The translations under genes and the position numbers were made by a program. The notes under the pieces are model-generated. The model ran no database searches. It was not told the origin of the DNA and saw only the letters and a program-made list of their open reading frames with translations. Source: Podarcis bocagei (Eukaryota). Taken from it: a DNA stretch of 64,000 nucleotides. Shown in pieces: positions 11,782 to 25,189 of this stretch (positions are counted from its first letter, which is position 1; every line of letters starts with the position of its first letter). Location: assembly GCA_964188305.1 (NCBI GenBank), contig OZ076895.1; one strand, given 5' to 3'.

Positions 11782-14120
11782 AACAAAAGTTCTGGAATGT
11801 CTTTTGTTTAGTTTGTTGGCTTGTGAGTCAGAGGTCTCCTCTCAACAAAACATTTCTGTTGCAGGAATATTGCATTTGCCCAGCATCCAAAGCACAATAT
11901 ATCAGGCAGTAGCCAGCTAAATAGATCTGCTAGTCAAGGATTTATGCTTGTGCAGTGGAACTTCTCCCTCTCTCTCTTCCAGCACACCTTTTAAATTTGT
12001 TGCGGGTTTCCCCCCAGACCTCTGGAGCAGCTTTGGGGAGGGCATGAGGGTGCATGGCACAAAATGACACAAAAGGAAAAGGAATGGAAATGGAGGAGGG
12101 GGAAAATGGCACATAAGGGGCAGGGAGAAAAGTTGTGCCATTTCCACTGCTAATGGTGAGCCCCAAGAATTTATATTTTCCCTTGAGATATTTGATGAAA
12201 TAGTTCTTCCAATTTCTCTTGGGTAGAGATTTCTGAGAGATCATTTGCACACAGCTCTAAGAAAAGTTTCTAAATACAAATCCTAGACTCTTAAGCACTT
12301 TGCTTTTGTCATTTGATCCTGTGTAAGCCCCCTCTTGCTTTTGTGAAATCCTGAACATATATGATGAAACAATCACAAATGTTTCCAGAGAAGTTGAGCA
12401 CTACAGTAAAGAATTGTTTCAAACCAGAGCTAATTCTGTATGGATATCCAGTTTTGTTTTCATTTGACTGACAACATCATAGGGTATACGTGGCACCTGA
12501 AAGCACCCTCTGAGTTGACTTTCCCTTCATTAGATGTCTTCTAAAATCTCATTTTCTTAGACCATTGAGCTAATAAATCCAAGGTGAAGCTTTCCTGCCC
12601 TGTCTAATCCATTGCAGGTGGCTGAATCATAGGTTTCTCCAGCTTGTCAGATCAATGTACCGGTATTTGCACATAAGAAAGAGGCAGGTATCCTTGGAAA
12701 TATGCTTAGCTATTCTGGTGAGCAAGCCATGCACAGCATTCATTTTCAGAGAGTACAAGGACTACTAAAGCAAAGCACTGATTGGCCGGTTGGAGAGAGC
12801 GCTGCCTCTGATGTGACCCTTATATTGCTGTAGGCAATCACTTATCCCCCGTCTTCCAAGCCCTGAAATGTGGTACTAATCTCCCATCTCCCCTTCATCT
12901 CCCATCTTCCAAGGCCCAAAATCAAAGGGGGTCCTTTCCTCAGCCACCTTTGGAACAAAAGGAATTATACTGGCGATGCTGATGATAATGATACAAAAGT
13001 AATGTAGTAGAAATGTGATTGTACAGTTGGAAGGAAGTGATAACAAGATCTTGAATTTTATGTAACTAATAGCTTTAATGAAACTTGATGGCTGGTGTCT
13101 ATTAGCTGCACCATCTGCTCAGGTGGGGCAACAGGAATTAAGAGGCAGCCATTGCCAACAAAGCGTGCAGTAAAAAGGAACATGCTTTGGAGATAGTCTT
13201 CAAGAGTATGTTGTTTGCTTTTGTGTTTCTTTAAAGACTTGACCATCTGGATGCTTGCCCATTTTCCACACTTAACTTTTGTAAATAAAGACTGCTGGAC
13301 TCCTTCTTCATCACAAGAAAGCTGACCCCAGACTGATCGCAGTCTTGCACAGCATTCCCCAACCTGGTGCCCTCTATGAGCTTTGTACTGCAACTCCCGT
13401 CCAGAAAGCATAGCTGAGTTAACTGGGGTTTATAGGAGCTGTAGTAGAAAGCATCTGGAAGACAGCAGGTTCAGGAAGACTGGCTTTTTATTATTTACTT
13501 ACGTGCACACACACCTGGAATCCACCAGTGATCCACCAATGTGATTTTAAGGTTACAAACAAGAGTGGCTTTAGCACACATAGCTCTGACCACCAACACT
13601 TCACCTCTGCTCCCCATCCCTGCCAGCATGTGCCTCTTGAGGCAACTTCTTCACTTGCCTAACGATAGGGCTGGCCCCAAGTAACACAAAATGCCATTGT
13701 CACCACTAGGGAATCTGGCGGCTGAAGCCCACAAGCCTCTTCCGTCTGCCTCAGCCATTCTTTACTCAGCAGTATAGTCAGACACCAGCAGGAAAGGAGG
13801 AGAGCAGGCTGACAACAGTGGCTGAGGAGCTGTGTGGCCTCTGACCCGCCTGCTTGTCTGATCTCCTAGTGGCAGGAAGCCAAGAGCTTTTGGGGGATTT
13901 GGACAGCCATTCTGTCTGTCATTATCCGGGTTGATTCAAAGAGCTAAGGGCATTCTGAACAAAGCAACAGAGACAGCAGCTCTGCATTTCATTTAGGAGA
14001 GGACATACGGAGGCCAGTTTTGGACTGTCGGATATCACATTCACTGAACAGGAAGGCAAAATTTGGCCTAGGACCAGAGCTGCTTAATTGGAGGAGGAGC
14101 AAAAGATGGCTCTCTGTAAG

Positions 14121-14400
14121 GCAGTGGTTGGCTGTTGATGTCCATTGGGACTGGTAGGATGTAAGGAAGGAAGGCAATAGTAGGTGCAGCCAGAGCCAGT
14201 GAGAGAAAGATGGGAAAACTAATTCTAATTTTGTCCCTATCCTCCCTGCTGAGTTTTACCATGAAACATGAGGCTAAAGAGGAGGAAGCTGACAGGCAGT
14301 GCCACCTTTGGACTGGTTGTAAGAAAGAAAGCAGATAAGTGAGGGCTGACTGAGGGCAGATTGATGCGGCTGGGGCAGTGCCTCTTCTGCCCTCAGGACT
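14121..14400 (+). repeat. Unclassified interspersed repeat (copy 2 of 9383-9680 family)
   Basis: Collinear similarity to 9383-9680. Confidence 0.6.
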
Positions 14401-14890
14401 CACTCTTTCTCCCATTTTCCTGCACCTACCTTTCCTCTTTGTTTCCCCTCTTTCCCTTCCATCATCTCTCCACGTCTGAGACTCTGGATGTTGTCATCCA
14501 AGAGCTCCTCGTAGTTCTTAACAGGGATTATATGAGACTTGTACAGGAGATTAGAAAGACTGTCTTGTGTTTATCCTTCTAATTTATTGAGCCCTCTCTT
14601 GCCTTTTATGAGAAGGAGTTATTTCCTTATGGTTACATTTCTAATTTTCAATTTTATTCACTGGGTCTGTTGAGGTCTGATTTCCTAATAGATGAGGTGA
14701 TTGTGAATGGATTGGCAGAACAAGGAAAGGGAAATATCTTTATTTTTGGTGTTGGACCAGGACCAAAACTGCCTTCTGAAAGGAGGGGAGAGGAGAGAAT
14801 CTCCTACAGTTTATTGAGCAAAGGACTCTTCCATGCTCATCTGTTTAAGCATCACAAAGCTCCTTTTTGCCCAACCCCAAGTTTCCTCTA

Positions 14891-15130
14891 CAGTGGTACC
14901 TCGGGTTAATAACTTAATTCATTCTGGAGGTCCGTTCTTAAGCTGAAACTGTTCTTAACCTGAGGCACCACTTTAGCTAATGGGGCCTCCTGCTGCCACT
15001 GCGCCGCTGGTGCACAATTTCTGTTCTCATCTTGAAGCAAAGTTCTTAACTCAAGGTACTATTTCTGGGTTAGCAGAGTCTATAACCTGAAGCATCTGTA
15101 GCCTGAAGCGTCTAACCCGAGGTACCACTG
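14891..15130. mobile_element. Tc1/mariner-pogo (Tigger-like) MITE, ~240 bp
   Basis: TIRs cagtggtacctcgggtta / taacccgaggtaccactg, TA TSD; four copies in window. Confidence 0.92.
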
Positions 15131-15399
15131 TACCTTTTATTATTCCTCTCAATACCAGCTGTTGGAGAACATCAGCAGGAAAGTGCTATTGTAGTCATGT
15201 CATGCTTGTGGGCTTCCCAACAAACATCTGTCTGGCCTAGATGAATCATTGGTCTCATCCAGAAGGGTTCTCCTTGTGTTCTTATGGAAGCAGAAGCCTC
15301 CATACTGAAGGAGAAGTGGGAAGTGCAGGAGTCTGATGCTCACTTAGGCTCACTCAGGCTATAGCTCAGAGTGGGGAGCTGACTTCAGTCACCAGGCCC

Positions 15400-15670
15400 A
15401 TTGGTAAACCAACTAGGCATTACAAAGATATCTGCAAACATGACATGAAGACTGGCAACATCAACCCCACCATGTGGGAATCCTTGGCAGATGACTGCAG
15501 TGCCTGGAGACAGACAGGTCACACATTGGTAGCAGTGACCCAAGGAGGAATGACAACCAGACACCTTCATTTGCCCTAGCTGCAACACAACATGTCTCTC
15601 CCATATCAATTTAACTTCATTCCTAAAGGTGCACTCCTCCACTGTCTCCCAAGACAGAGAGATGCCAACA
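15400..15670 (+). mobile_element. Old RTE-clade LINE 3' fragment
   Basis: Reads YKDICKHDMKTGNINPTMWESLADDCSAWRQ and FICPSCNTTC; related inverted fragment at 27283-27450. Confidence 0.75.
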
Positions 15671-16679
15671 AGGGTAGCACTCCCTTAAGACTGAAATGAC
15701 GTTTCTGTTTTAAATTGTATGAATTTATATTCTGCCACCCCAAATTATAACTATTTAGGTGTTCAGTTCTCAATCCAAACATGGATTTGGATTGTTTGGT
15801 CTCTAAAAGCTGCCATATTAAAATTGGCAAGAGGCTCTTTCCTTTGACCGCTTTAGGCTCCACCTAACTCAGAACAATTTTACTTCAAAACTTCATCCTT
15901 GGAGTCCTCTCAGTCCTGCATGATAAACTGCCTTGTTTGAAGAAATTTGGTTTGGAAATTACTGTGTTATAAACATTAGAAAACTGCCTGCTGAGCATGC
16001 ACAATCCATTACCTTCTTTGCTAATTTAAGATTGCACCCCAAGTGTGATTAATGTCCCCAGGTGTGGCTATTTGTTAGTGCTCTCAGAGAAATTATAAAT
16101 GGAAAAAGATCTATAGCATCTAATTCATTGAAGATATCCATGGTTAAAGGATTCTTCCCGATAAAAGGCATACTTGTCAGCTGGCAGCAGAGAAAAATTA
16201 CAGAGCACCATTCTTCAAGAATGAAGGAATGTTTTTCTTTCTTCTCTCAATCTGTTTTACTGTGAGCTTGACCTCTGAATCCTTCTCCTCTAACCAGAAA
16301 ATCTCTGGCATCGCCTGGGAATGTCCCCTGCCTGATACCTTGGAGAGTCACTGCCAGTCAGTGTGGACAACACCAAGCTCAATGGACCAATTCGGTATAA
16401 GGTAGCTTCCTATGTTTTTATAAATTTTGGGACTGAATCAGCTTTGGACAACCTGTATCAAAAGCAGGACAGTGGGAGTGTGACTCTGCTTTTGCTTTTT
16501 AATTTTTTTCATTGGTTTTTGATGAGATTGACACTCCTGGACCAGCTGTGGGATGGACAGTGGGGTCAATGTTTTACAGTGGTCCCACTCTTTCGAAAGC
16601 GCATGTCCAGAGAACAGCCTTGGCAGAAATGATAGCGGTGTTGTGTGTTCTAAGTTCTTGAGTCCATGAGCTGGCCTGT

Positions 16680-16994
16680 CCTGGATATGGTTGCACTTTG
16701 CTGGAAGAAGGTTCATAGATCAGGGACACTCTTGGATTCAACACTGTCACGCTTGTTAGTTCCACCACCCTTGGAAGTTTGGGGGGTGGCCCGACAGACA
16801 GCATTCTAGTGGCACCCTTGAGTTGTGGAATTCCCTCTCCACACTATATGTATTTCAGCAAATGCTGCAGGTACACCTCTTTATCCTGGCCATTGACACC
16901 TGAGACGTGCATTTTCAAGACCCACCCTGTTCCTGCTAATTAAATTTAACTGTTTTTAATACTGAATTTTAAATTCATGTAAGCCACCTTTGGC

Positions 16995-17053
<59 letters not shown>
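16680..17053 (+). mobile_element. Degraded L2 3' fragment ending in (AAT)n
   Basis: agcattctagtggcacccttgagttgtggaattccctc (AFxVAxxxLWNSL-like); (AAT)n at 16995-17053. Confidence 0.65.
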
Positions 17054-17467
17054 GGAGACTGTGTTTTGAATCTATTCTCCTTGTGCTATGGTGTACCACG
17101 GGGTGTAATCTTGTCCCCAATGCTGTTTAATAGCCATTGCTAGACCAATCCACAATGAATTTGCATTTAAAGCCATAAAGTCCTGTCATTACATCCTATG
17201 ACAGTGAATTCCATATATTTATTAAAACTGTGTCTTCTTCTTATTGCAGCCTTCAAGAAAGGATAAGGCAGCAGCCATATTTACTTGCCTCTCTTTCAGA
17301 CTCCCTCTTTCATCAAATAAATATCTGTGTAGGGTAGTGGGTGCATCTTTCTGGAATGCACTTGTGTAAAAATGTGTGTGCATCAGCATGAAGAGGCTGT
17401 GTATTGCTCCCCTCCTTTCCCACCATAACTGCCTATCGAGATTGCAAAAGCCGCTGAATGTAAAAAT

Positions 17468-17630
17468 AACAAAGAGTGTCTTTCGACTCTTAAGATTTAC
17501 TGTGGCAGAAGCTTCTGTGGACTGGAGCCCACTTCATCAGATGTGCAATAAATCTGTGAAGTCTTTATGGTGCCACAAGACCCTTTTGTCATTTTTGTTG
17601 CAACAGACTAACGCGGCGACCCCTCTGGAA
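17468..17630. mobile_element. Penelope-like element terminal-repeat remnant (inverted arrangement) with degenerate hammerhead
   Basis: Minus strand CTGATGA-A-GTGGGCT-CC-AGTCCAC-AGAAGCTT; plus strand aataaatct..agtctttatggtgccacaagac..gactaacgcggc. Confidence 0.75.
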
Positions 17631-18020
17631 GCATGTTGGATGCCTTCAAGCTTTAGCTATTCTGCCAGATCCATTGTGAGATTAAACTTTCTTTGGGGTG
17701 TTTTCAAGCATGTTGCAAACTCTCAAACTGTGGCACTCACAAAAGCTTAGGTAATTGCAAGCATCCTTGAAGCAAACTCCCCAACTCTCTTGATGCTGAG
17801 AGTTTGTCATGAGCTCTCCCTGCCCAGAAGAACAATAACTGAGCTTGGAGTGCTAGAAGGAGGCAGGTGGAGGGAGTCACAGAATCCTTGGCAGGAGAAG
17901 ATGCTCTGCAAGGGCTCCAGGTGCAGTCACAATTACTGCTGGATTCATTGCTGGTCAACTGCTGGGCCCTTAGGAGAAGAGAGTGGCAGAGGTGGCAGAA
18001 TTGCTAGAATAGGACACTTA

Positions 18021-18200
18021 TAAGAACATAGGAAGAGCCCTGCTGGATGAGGCCAAAGGTTCATTCAGTTCAGCATCCTGTTCTCACATTAGCCAACCAG
18101 ATGTTCATGGGAAACCTGCAAACAGGACTTGAGTGTAATAGCACTATTCCCACCTGCGATTCCCAGCTACTGATATTCAAAAGCATACTGCCTCCTCTGA
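18021..18200 (-). mobile_element. CR1-type 3' end fragment
   Basis: taagaacataggaagagccctgctggatgaggccaaagg..cagcatcctgttctcaca. Confidence 0.7.
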
Positions 18201-18422
18201 CAGTCTAGGTACCATTTTGGGGTTGATCCTGAGAACATTTCCATTCCAATCCAGGGGTTAAACAAATAGCCAACATTCTGAATGAAGAACATCCAGTAGT
18301 GGTGTGATAATGATGATGTTCCAATTTTAATTAACATATATAATAGAAATACATAAGAAAGAAACTATATCTGCCCACATTAACAATAACCTATCAATTC
18401 ATATTTAAACGTAAGTAGTCCA

Positions 18423-18597
18423 AACGGCGCTTCCGTGCTCTGCTCTGGTTCACCAGAAGCAGCTTAGTCATGCTGGCCACATGACCCGGAAAAACTGTTT
18501 GCAGACAAATGCCAGCTCCCTCGGCCTACAGAGCGAGATGATCGTGCAACCCCAGAGTTGTCCGCGACTGGACCTAACGGTCAGGGGTACCTTTACC
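18423..18597 (+). mobile_element. 5'-truncated Sauria SINE
   Basis: Matches the 3' half of 34734-35050 and 49769-50157; ends in ggtacctttacc; 7-bp TSD tagtcca at 18416-18422 and 18598-18604. Confidence 0.9.
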
Positions 18598-19022
18598 TAG
18601 TCCATATGCCCAAACAGATATCTAAATAAGACTGATGATTATTCAGGTATAGAAAGGACAGTAAGATCTTCAGAACGTGGAGTGGCGGGTGCTCATCCTT
18701 CCAGCCTTTAAGTATAAGTCTCTTTGCTACTGTAAGGGCTCGCAGGAGCCACTTTCAATATTTGTCTGTTAGTTCCCACATCACAATAGTGTAATTCCAA
18801 ATATCAATGATTTCCCTCCCCAAATGAAGCTAATATGAACAATAATCTCTTCTAATAAAAAATAAGACTTCACATGACATGCCCACACCATCTCCTCCTT
18901 CTCCTCCTCCTTTTGATTTCTTACCAGCCCTTCACCATTAGGTGCCAGGGGATGTTACATACTATATAAGAATTCAATATTAAAACCAGTTAAAGCAATT
19001 TACAACCATAAGAACAGAGTTG

Positions 19023-19024
<2 letters not shown>

Positions 19025-19076
<52 letters not shown>
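19025..19076. repeat. (CA)n microsatellite
   Basis: Direct reading. Confidence 0.97.
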
Positions 19077-19078
<2 letters not shown>

Positions 19079-20182
19079 CCAGGGTAAAGCAGTGACTCAT
19101 CTTTACCCAAAAGTGCTATGCAAGTTTACTCAGAGGTCAGTCCCATTAAAGTTCAGTGGGGCTTAGTTTTTAGGAGTATGAATAGAACTGCAGCCTTAGA
19201 CTAGGCTGAATGTGCCCCCCAGATCTCGCTCCCTGCCCCTGACAGCTCTCTTCAGTAATTCTGCCTGGCATCCTCATTGAACTGTGATGATGCCTCTTGC
19301 TTGTGTGTATGTGTGGAAACCAATGAATTCTGTGTGTTTGGAATGCAGCCTACTGCCTACACTACAAAGCTAAGAATCACATCTGTTTCTTCCCAGACCT
19401 CTGCCTGTGGCACCACCCACTTCTGGCAGTCAGTCCCTGGAAAGTTGCAGCTGAGGGAAAGTGGGTCCCAGGGCTGAAGCAGATTCCCCAACCCCCTGCT
19501 CTACATTTGTACTATAGGGGAAACCTCTGGAACTTACTTCTGAATAAACATGGATACCATTGCTCAGTTATTGTAAGAATAGCGATGTTATGAATTAGAC
19601 ATGCCCCTGTTTTTGCCCGTTGAAAAATTGTTGGAAGGTTTCCAGGATGTTTTGTGAACCTTGGGTGCACCATTGTTAACAGCTCATGTGGGCTTTTATC
19701 CTCCTGCAATAACTAGGCTGCTGCTGTTGTTGTTTCTTTATTTGAAGATAGTTTTAATATTTTCCTTTCCTTTCATTCACACACCAGATGTGCAGACAGT
19801 CAACATGTGCCTCTTCAATACTCTGATGAATTTGTTTACAAAATCAGAAAAACAGAGTGAGGTGACTTTGAAAAGGCATCTCTGCAAGAGATTGCAAAAT
19901 ATGAAGGCATGTGAATAACCAGGGTAGGCAGACAATAAGGGTGGGTGGGCAGAAAACATTGGGCAGAGGAAATTAGCCTTATTAGTTAAGGTGGTTCAAT
20001 AACCAAGCTGTGTTAAGCGGCAAAAACAACAGCACTGTGGAACTTTAAAAGCAAAGACATTTATTTTGGCATCAGCTTTTGTAGTGTCATTCTTCACCAA
20101 CCTGATGCCCTCTAGATGTTTTGGGCAATTCCTGTTGTAGTCCAACTGGCTGGAGAAGATGGGAGTTGTAGTCTACAGTGTA

Positions 20183-20424
20183 CAGTGGTACCTCGGGTTA
20201 AGTACTTAATTTGTTCCGGAGGTCCATTCTTAACCTGAAACTGTTCTTAACCTGAAGCACCACTTTAGCTAATGGGGCCTCCTGCTGCTGCCACGCTGCC
20301 AGAGCACGATTTCTATTCTCATCCTGAAGCAAAGTTCTTAACCTGAAGCACTATTTCTGGGTTAGCGGAGTCTGTAACCTGAAGCGTATGTAACCTGAAG
20401 CGTATGTAACCCGAGGTACCACTG
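20183..20424. mobile_element. Tc1/mariner-pogo MITE (same family as 14891-15130)
   Basis: TIRs cagtggtacctcgggtta, TA TSD. Confidence 0.92.
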
Positions 20425-20462
20425 TATAGAGGTTGGCAAAGACTGGGTCCTAAAAGTGTATA

Positions 20463-21055
20463 CAGTGGTACCTCTGGTCACAAACGTACCGTCTTTTTTG
20501 CACCATAACACTCACTTTTTTCCTCCTAGAAAGTAAGGGGAAATGTCTGTGCATGTTATGGAGCGAATGCCTGCTGGTGGCAGGGGGGATCTGCTGCAGT
20601 CGTGAGCAGAGGATCCATGGTTCCCCTTCCTTCCCTCCTCCGTGGTTACAAAGCATGGATCCACATGGATCCTCAGGATTTTTGCATTGGGCTACTCCAA
20701 ACTCACTGTCAGATCACATGTCTGTGGCCACAGCATGAACCACAAAAATCATATATCCACTATTTCGTTTAGAATATTTTTTTTCTTGTTTTCCTCCTCT
20801 AAAAACTATGTGCGTGTTATGGTCCGGTGCGTGTTATAGAGTGAAAAATACGGTAATTCATTCCGGAGGTCCATTCTTAACCTGAAACCGTTCTTAACCT
20901 GAGGTACCACTTTAGCTAATGGGGTCTCCCACTGCCGCTGCACCACCAGCGTATGATTTCTGTTCTCATCCTGAGGTAAAGTTCTTAACCCGAGGTACTG
21001 CTTCCAGGTTGGCGGAGTCTGTAACCCGAAGTGTTTGTAACCCGAGGTACCACTG
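20463..21055. mobile_element. Tc1/mariner-pogo MITE interrupted by a second MITE
   Basis: Left TIR cagtggtacctc at 20463, right TIR ends at 21055; removing 20489-20853 restores the family sequence. Confidence 0.88.
20489..20853. mobile_element. Tc2/pogo-like MITE nested in another MITE
   Basis: TIRs ccgtcttttttgcaccataacac / gtgttatagagtgaaaaatacgg; TA duplicated at 20487-88 and 20854-55. Confidence 0.85.
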
Positions 21056-21944
21056 TATATCATCAAGAGACTAAGGCATCTTCAGCATTTGCCATGAGCT
21101 GTATAGGGAGGAAGTCAGATATTCAGGGTCGCACTGTCCCACATACGAATACATTGCAAATGGGATGTACTTTTGCCTTATGAAAGAAGCAGGGTGGTTT
21201 CCCCCTGTTAAATTACGACAATCCAAACATATAAGCCATATATCACCATAATATATAAGCCATCCTATCTTTAAATCAAAACGTAATATAAATTTTACTG
21301 CTATGGACAGCAGCAACAATACAACTCAGAATTATATCAGTGATGAAAGTAATACATATGGTGGAATGTTATCTTGATATTTCACATTCCAGTGATTTAT
21401 GAATAAACTCCACTTTTTAATGAATTTGCCTGGTGAACATCCTTTCTGACATCTCTGATGATATGTCTCGTTTGGCTTACAGAACTACTGTCCAAATGTG
21501 CTTATACTAGTAAAGAAGCAAGGCTTTAAGCAAGACCGTAAAGAGATCAAGATTCACAGACGTTCTGGTTGTTCCCATCTTAAATGAAAAAAGAAAATGC
21601 CATATATCTGAACCGGGGTGGGGGTGGGCCACTGCCCTCTGTTGGTGGGCTAGCCTTACCTGGCAGATAGCACCAGTGGTCTAAGCAGCACTAGATGGTA
21701 GCTGAGGGCTGCCATTTTAATTTCCACAAAACTGGGAAGGCACAGGGGAAGTGTCAGCAGTAGATCCTAATTTGCTCTACAATGTTCAACAAATAAATTA
21801 AAAAATGCATCAACCCTACAAGAAACAGGTTCAAACGACTGGAAGAACATTGGAGCAATTCTGTCTTCACATGAGATGAATACTGACCATTTAGAATACC
21901 ATCAGACCGGGGGGGGGGGGCGGACTTGAATTGCACTTATCTCA

Positions 21945-24150
21945 ATGAAAAACAATTGATGATATTAACCAGCAGAAAATTAGGCAAAAAGAACAATACT
22001 GGCAATAAATCTTAGAACACTTGATTGCTTTGGTCAGAGTTCTTGGCAGGCTAAACTTGGCATTATGTGGTACAACTGAAACATTGTACACTGCTAGGAA
22101 TATATTTTTTTTGAAGTGTGTATAATATCTGGCCCTTTTTGATCCTATCATGAATGAATTTTAGCACAAAGTTAAAGATCAATAAACAAGAATTAAATAC
22201 CTAGAAAAATATATCCAAAATGAGCTTATAAAGCAGAAACTTTTAACACATGCAAACTCAGCCAAATACTAGTTAATTATTCTGCACTGCATGTCTGATA
22301 TAAGTCATACTGAACAAACAACCATTTTACTGTGTTATGTTGTTGTAATCAAGCCATCAGATAATGAGATGTTCTGAGCCTGAGGTCAGAGAGCACATTT
22401 CTTGGGAGCTTGAGCAACTGGGATTACCAGTTGAGAATCTGCATGGTCAAGGTTTTGATAATGGGAGTAACAGTAAAGGAAAAGGAAATGGCATACAAAA
22501 GAGGGTTCTGGACATAAACTCATGTGTCTTTTTTGCACCCAGTAATGCATATACTTTAAACTTGGTAGCCAATGGTGCTGCTAAATGTTGTCTGGAAGCA
22601 ACTAGTTTCTTCGGTTTCATTCAACAGATCTATATCTTTATGTTATTTTTTTGCACCAACTCAGCATTGGCAAATTCTAACTAGCCATGTACCAGATTTA
22701 GGGAAAGCTGTTAAGTCATTGAGCAAAACAAGGTGAGAGAGTTGGATCAATGCTGTGAAACCACTGAGATATCATCTTGGCAGTATATATGATGCTTTAA
22801 TAGAGATCTTTGATGGCACAAGCTTAAAAGGTTTACCTGGAAATACTTCCTGAATTGAAGCTCAGGCCCTTGCTGACGCAATTTTAAAGTTCAGGTCTGT
22901 GGTATCCTTTGTTACATGGTACAACTTCCTTTTTGAAGTCAATCTTACAAGCAAGCTACTACAAAATAAGGAAGCTGATTTAAATTCAGCTACAAGCCAA
23001 TTGCAAGTGACCCAGAATTACCTTGTGGGCTGCAGGTGTGATGAGGGTTTTCAACAAGTTTTGATAGATGCTACTGAGATTGCAAAGGAGCTAGAAATAC
23101 TACCGAACTTTGAGACAGAACAAGTTAGGAAAAGGAGAAGCAAGCAGCAGGCACTGAAAGATCCAAAGCAGAAATTCAAAGTAGGTTTCTACAATGCTGT
23201 TTTAGACACGGCCATACAGACTGTTGAAGAGAGATTTCAACAGCTACAACAATATAATTCCCTATTTGGCAGCAAGAATTTTGAAAAATCATTGATGCAC
23301 AATGGAAACAAAGATATTGATGCTGGAGATCTGTGCTGTGAACTTATAGCAATACAGTGGTACCTTGGTTCTTAAAGTTAATCTGTGCCTAAACTCTGTT
23401 CCAAAACCAAAGCGTTCCAGAACCAAGGCATGCTTTCCCATAGAAAGTAATGAAAAATGGATTAATCCATTCCAGACTTTTTAAAAAACAACAACCCTAA
23501 AATGGCAATTTAACATGAATTTTACTATCTAATGAGACCACAGAACCATAAAATGAATGCAATAAACAATGCACTGCAGTCGCACAATCAATCAATCAGC
23601 AGCTGTACTGGGTTCCACGCAGTCACAAAAACAAAACAAAAAAGCTGCAAAAACAAAAATGCAAAATAAATAGCAAAAACAGACAGACTTCAGCCTAACA
23701 CTCAAATCGGAAGCGTAACACTCAAAACGGAGCATGTTCAGCTTCCGAAAAAGTTTCGCAAACCGGAACACTTCCTTCCGGCTTTGCAGTGTTTGGGTTC
23801 CAAGTTGTTTGAGTACCAAGGCGTTTGAGAACCAAGGTTCCACTGTAGTTCGAAGACTTCCAAACTCTATGCCACCATAATGAGTACTTCTCTTCATACT
23901 ATAACCAAAATCTCCTGGATAACGTGCCTAATGTTTCTCTTGCTCTAAAGATCCTTCTCATACTTCCGGTGCCAGTAACAAGTGGTGAAAGCAGTTTCTC
24001 AAAGCTCAAGCTTATAAAAACGTACAATCACCCAACAATGGTGCAAAAGAGACTAGTTGGCTCAGCAACTATATCAATTGAACATCAGCGCTTGATCTGA
24101 AGGAATTGGTGACAAAATTTGCAAAGGAAAAGGCATACAGTGAGATTTTG
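21945..24150 (+). pseudogene. Decayed hAT transposase (ZMYM1-like/DUF4371 plus hAT C-terminal dimerisation domain)
   Basis: Motifs YLEKYIQNEL, GQGFDNGSNSKG, AYTLNL, SKTR*ES, LPVPVTSGESSFSKLKLIKTY; several stops and frameshifts; split by MITE 23355-23845. Confidence 0.92.
23355..23845. mobile_element. Tigger/pogo-like non-autonomous element, ~490 bp
   Basis: TIRs cagtggtaccttggttct / agaaccaaggttccactg; TA TSD at 23353-54 and 23846-47. Confidence 0.9.
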
Positions 24151-24818
24151 ATGTGCCTGAAATTGAAACTTTTAAGAGACTTAAATATTAGCATCACAAT
24201 TCACAAGATTATTCAAAAAGATTTCTGTGCTGAAACATTTTCTTTCATATTTGAAAAAGATAATTTGATTGCTGTAATACTTAGTCTTGTGATTTAAAAT
24301 AAATTTAGCAGTTTCAAGTTTTGCGCTTTTCATTTTTTCTGCAAGAAATCTTTCTGAAAATTGAAGTTGGCATCTTTTTTTGGGCTAGCCTGGCACTGGT
24401 ACTGCTTTCAGACTTCCTATAGGCATCTGGTTGGACACTGTGAGAACGTGATCTGGACTAGATGGCATTTTTGCCTGATCCAACTGGGCTCTTCTTATGC
24501 TCTTATTTTTATGCTTATAAACAGCATGTTTTATTTTCCCCTAATTGTCACAGATCTGCATTATTCTGTGCTGCTTTTCCAACCTTTGGATGAAAGATCC
24601 ACCTAAAAATATAAAGAGAAGCTTGGAAAGACCTTGTCATTAAAAAAAGAAGATAAATAATTGTTTTAAAATCAGGTCATGAAATTCAAAAGGTGATCTA
24701 TCAGAATAGAAAATGGAATTTATTTAATTAGCTTTAGAAATTAGAGTTGACAGTATCCCTCTAAGCTCATTACATCATGTTCTGTCCTTGTTCACTAATG
24801 AGAATGATTGGTCTCTGT

Positions 24819-24822
<4 letters not shown>

Positions 24823-24873
<51 letters not shown>
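24823..24873. repeat. (CT)n(AT)n microsatellite
   Basis: Direct reading. Confidence 0.95.
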
Positions 24874-24874
<1 letters not shown>

Positions 24875-25189
24875 GAAGACATAGTTCTATGTTGATATGA
24901 CTAGGTTATTGGGCTTTAGTGGTATATTAATAATCCTCCCTGGAGTTAGACAGCAACCTGAATTGCAGACTATGCTAGCTATTCTTTGCCTAATGTCACA
25001 TCATACCACCATAAAATATTGTTCGGAAGGAAAATTCTTAACGCAGTGTGTGTCTATGGGGAACAGGCACCAGGCACTAATTTTATGTATTGTCTCCTGC
25101 AAGGTAAAATAGTTTGCTCAGAACATGGCAAACAAAGGAACAAATCAATGTCAGTCTAGTCCAGGGAGTAGCCAACTAGATGTCCCTGG

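Noticed and set aside
22364-23375. Intact ZMYM1-like or domesticated transposase gene
   Set aside because: In-frame stops (including at the conserved Trp), frameshifts and a MITE insertion
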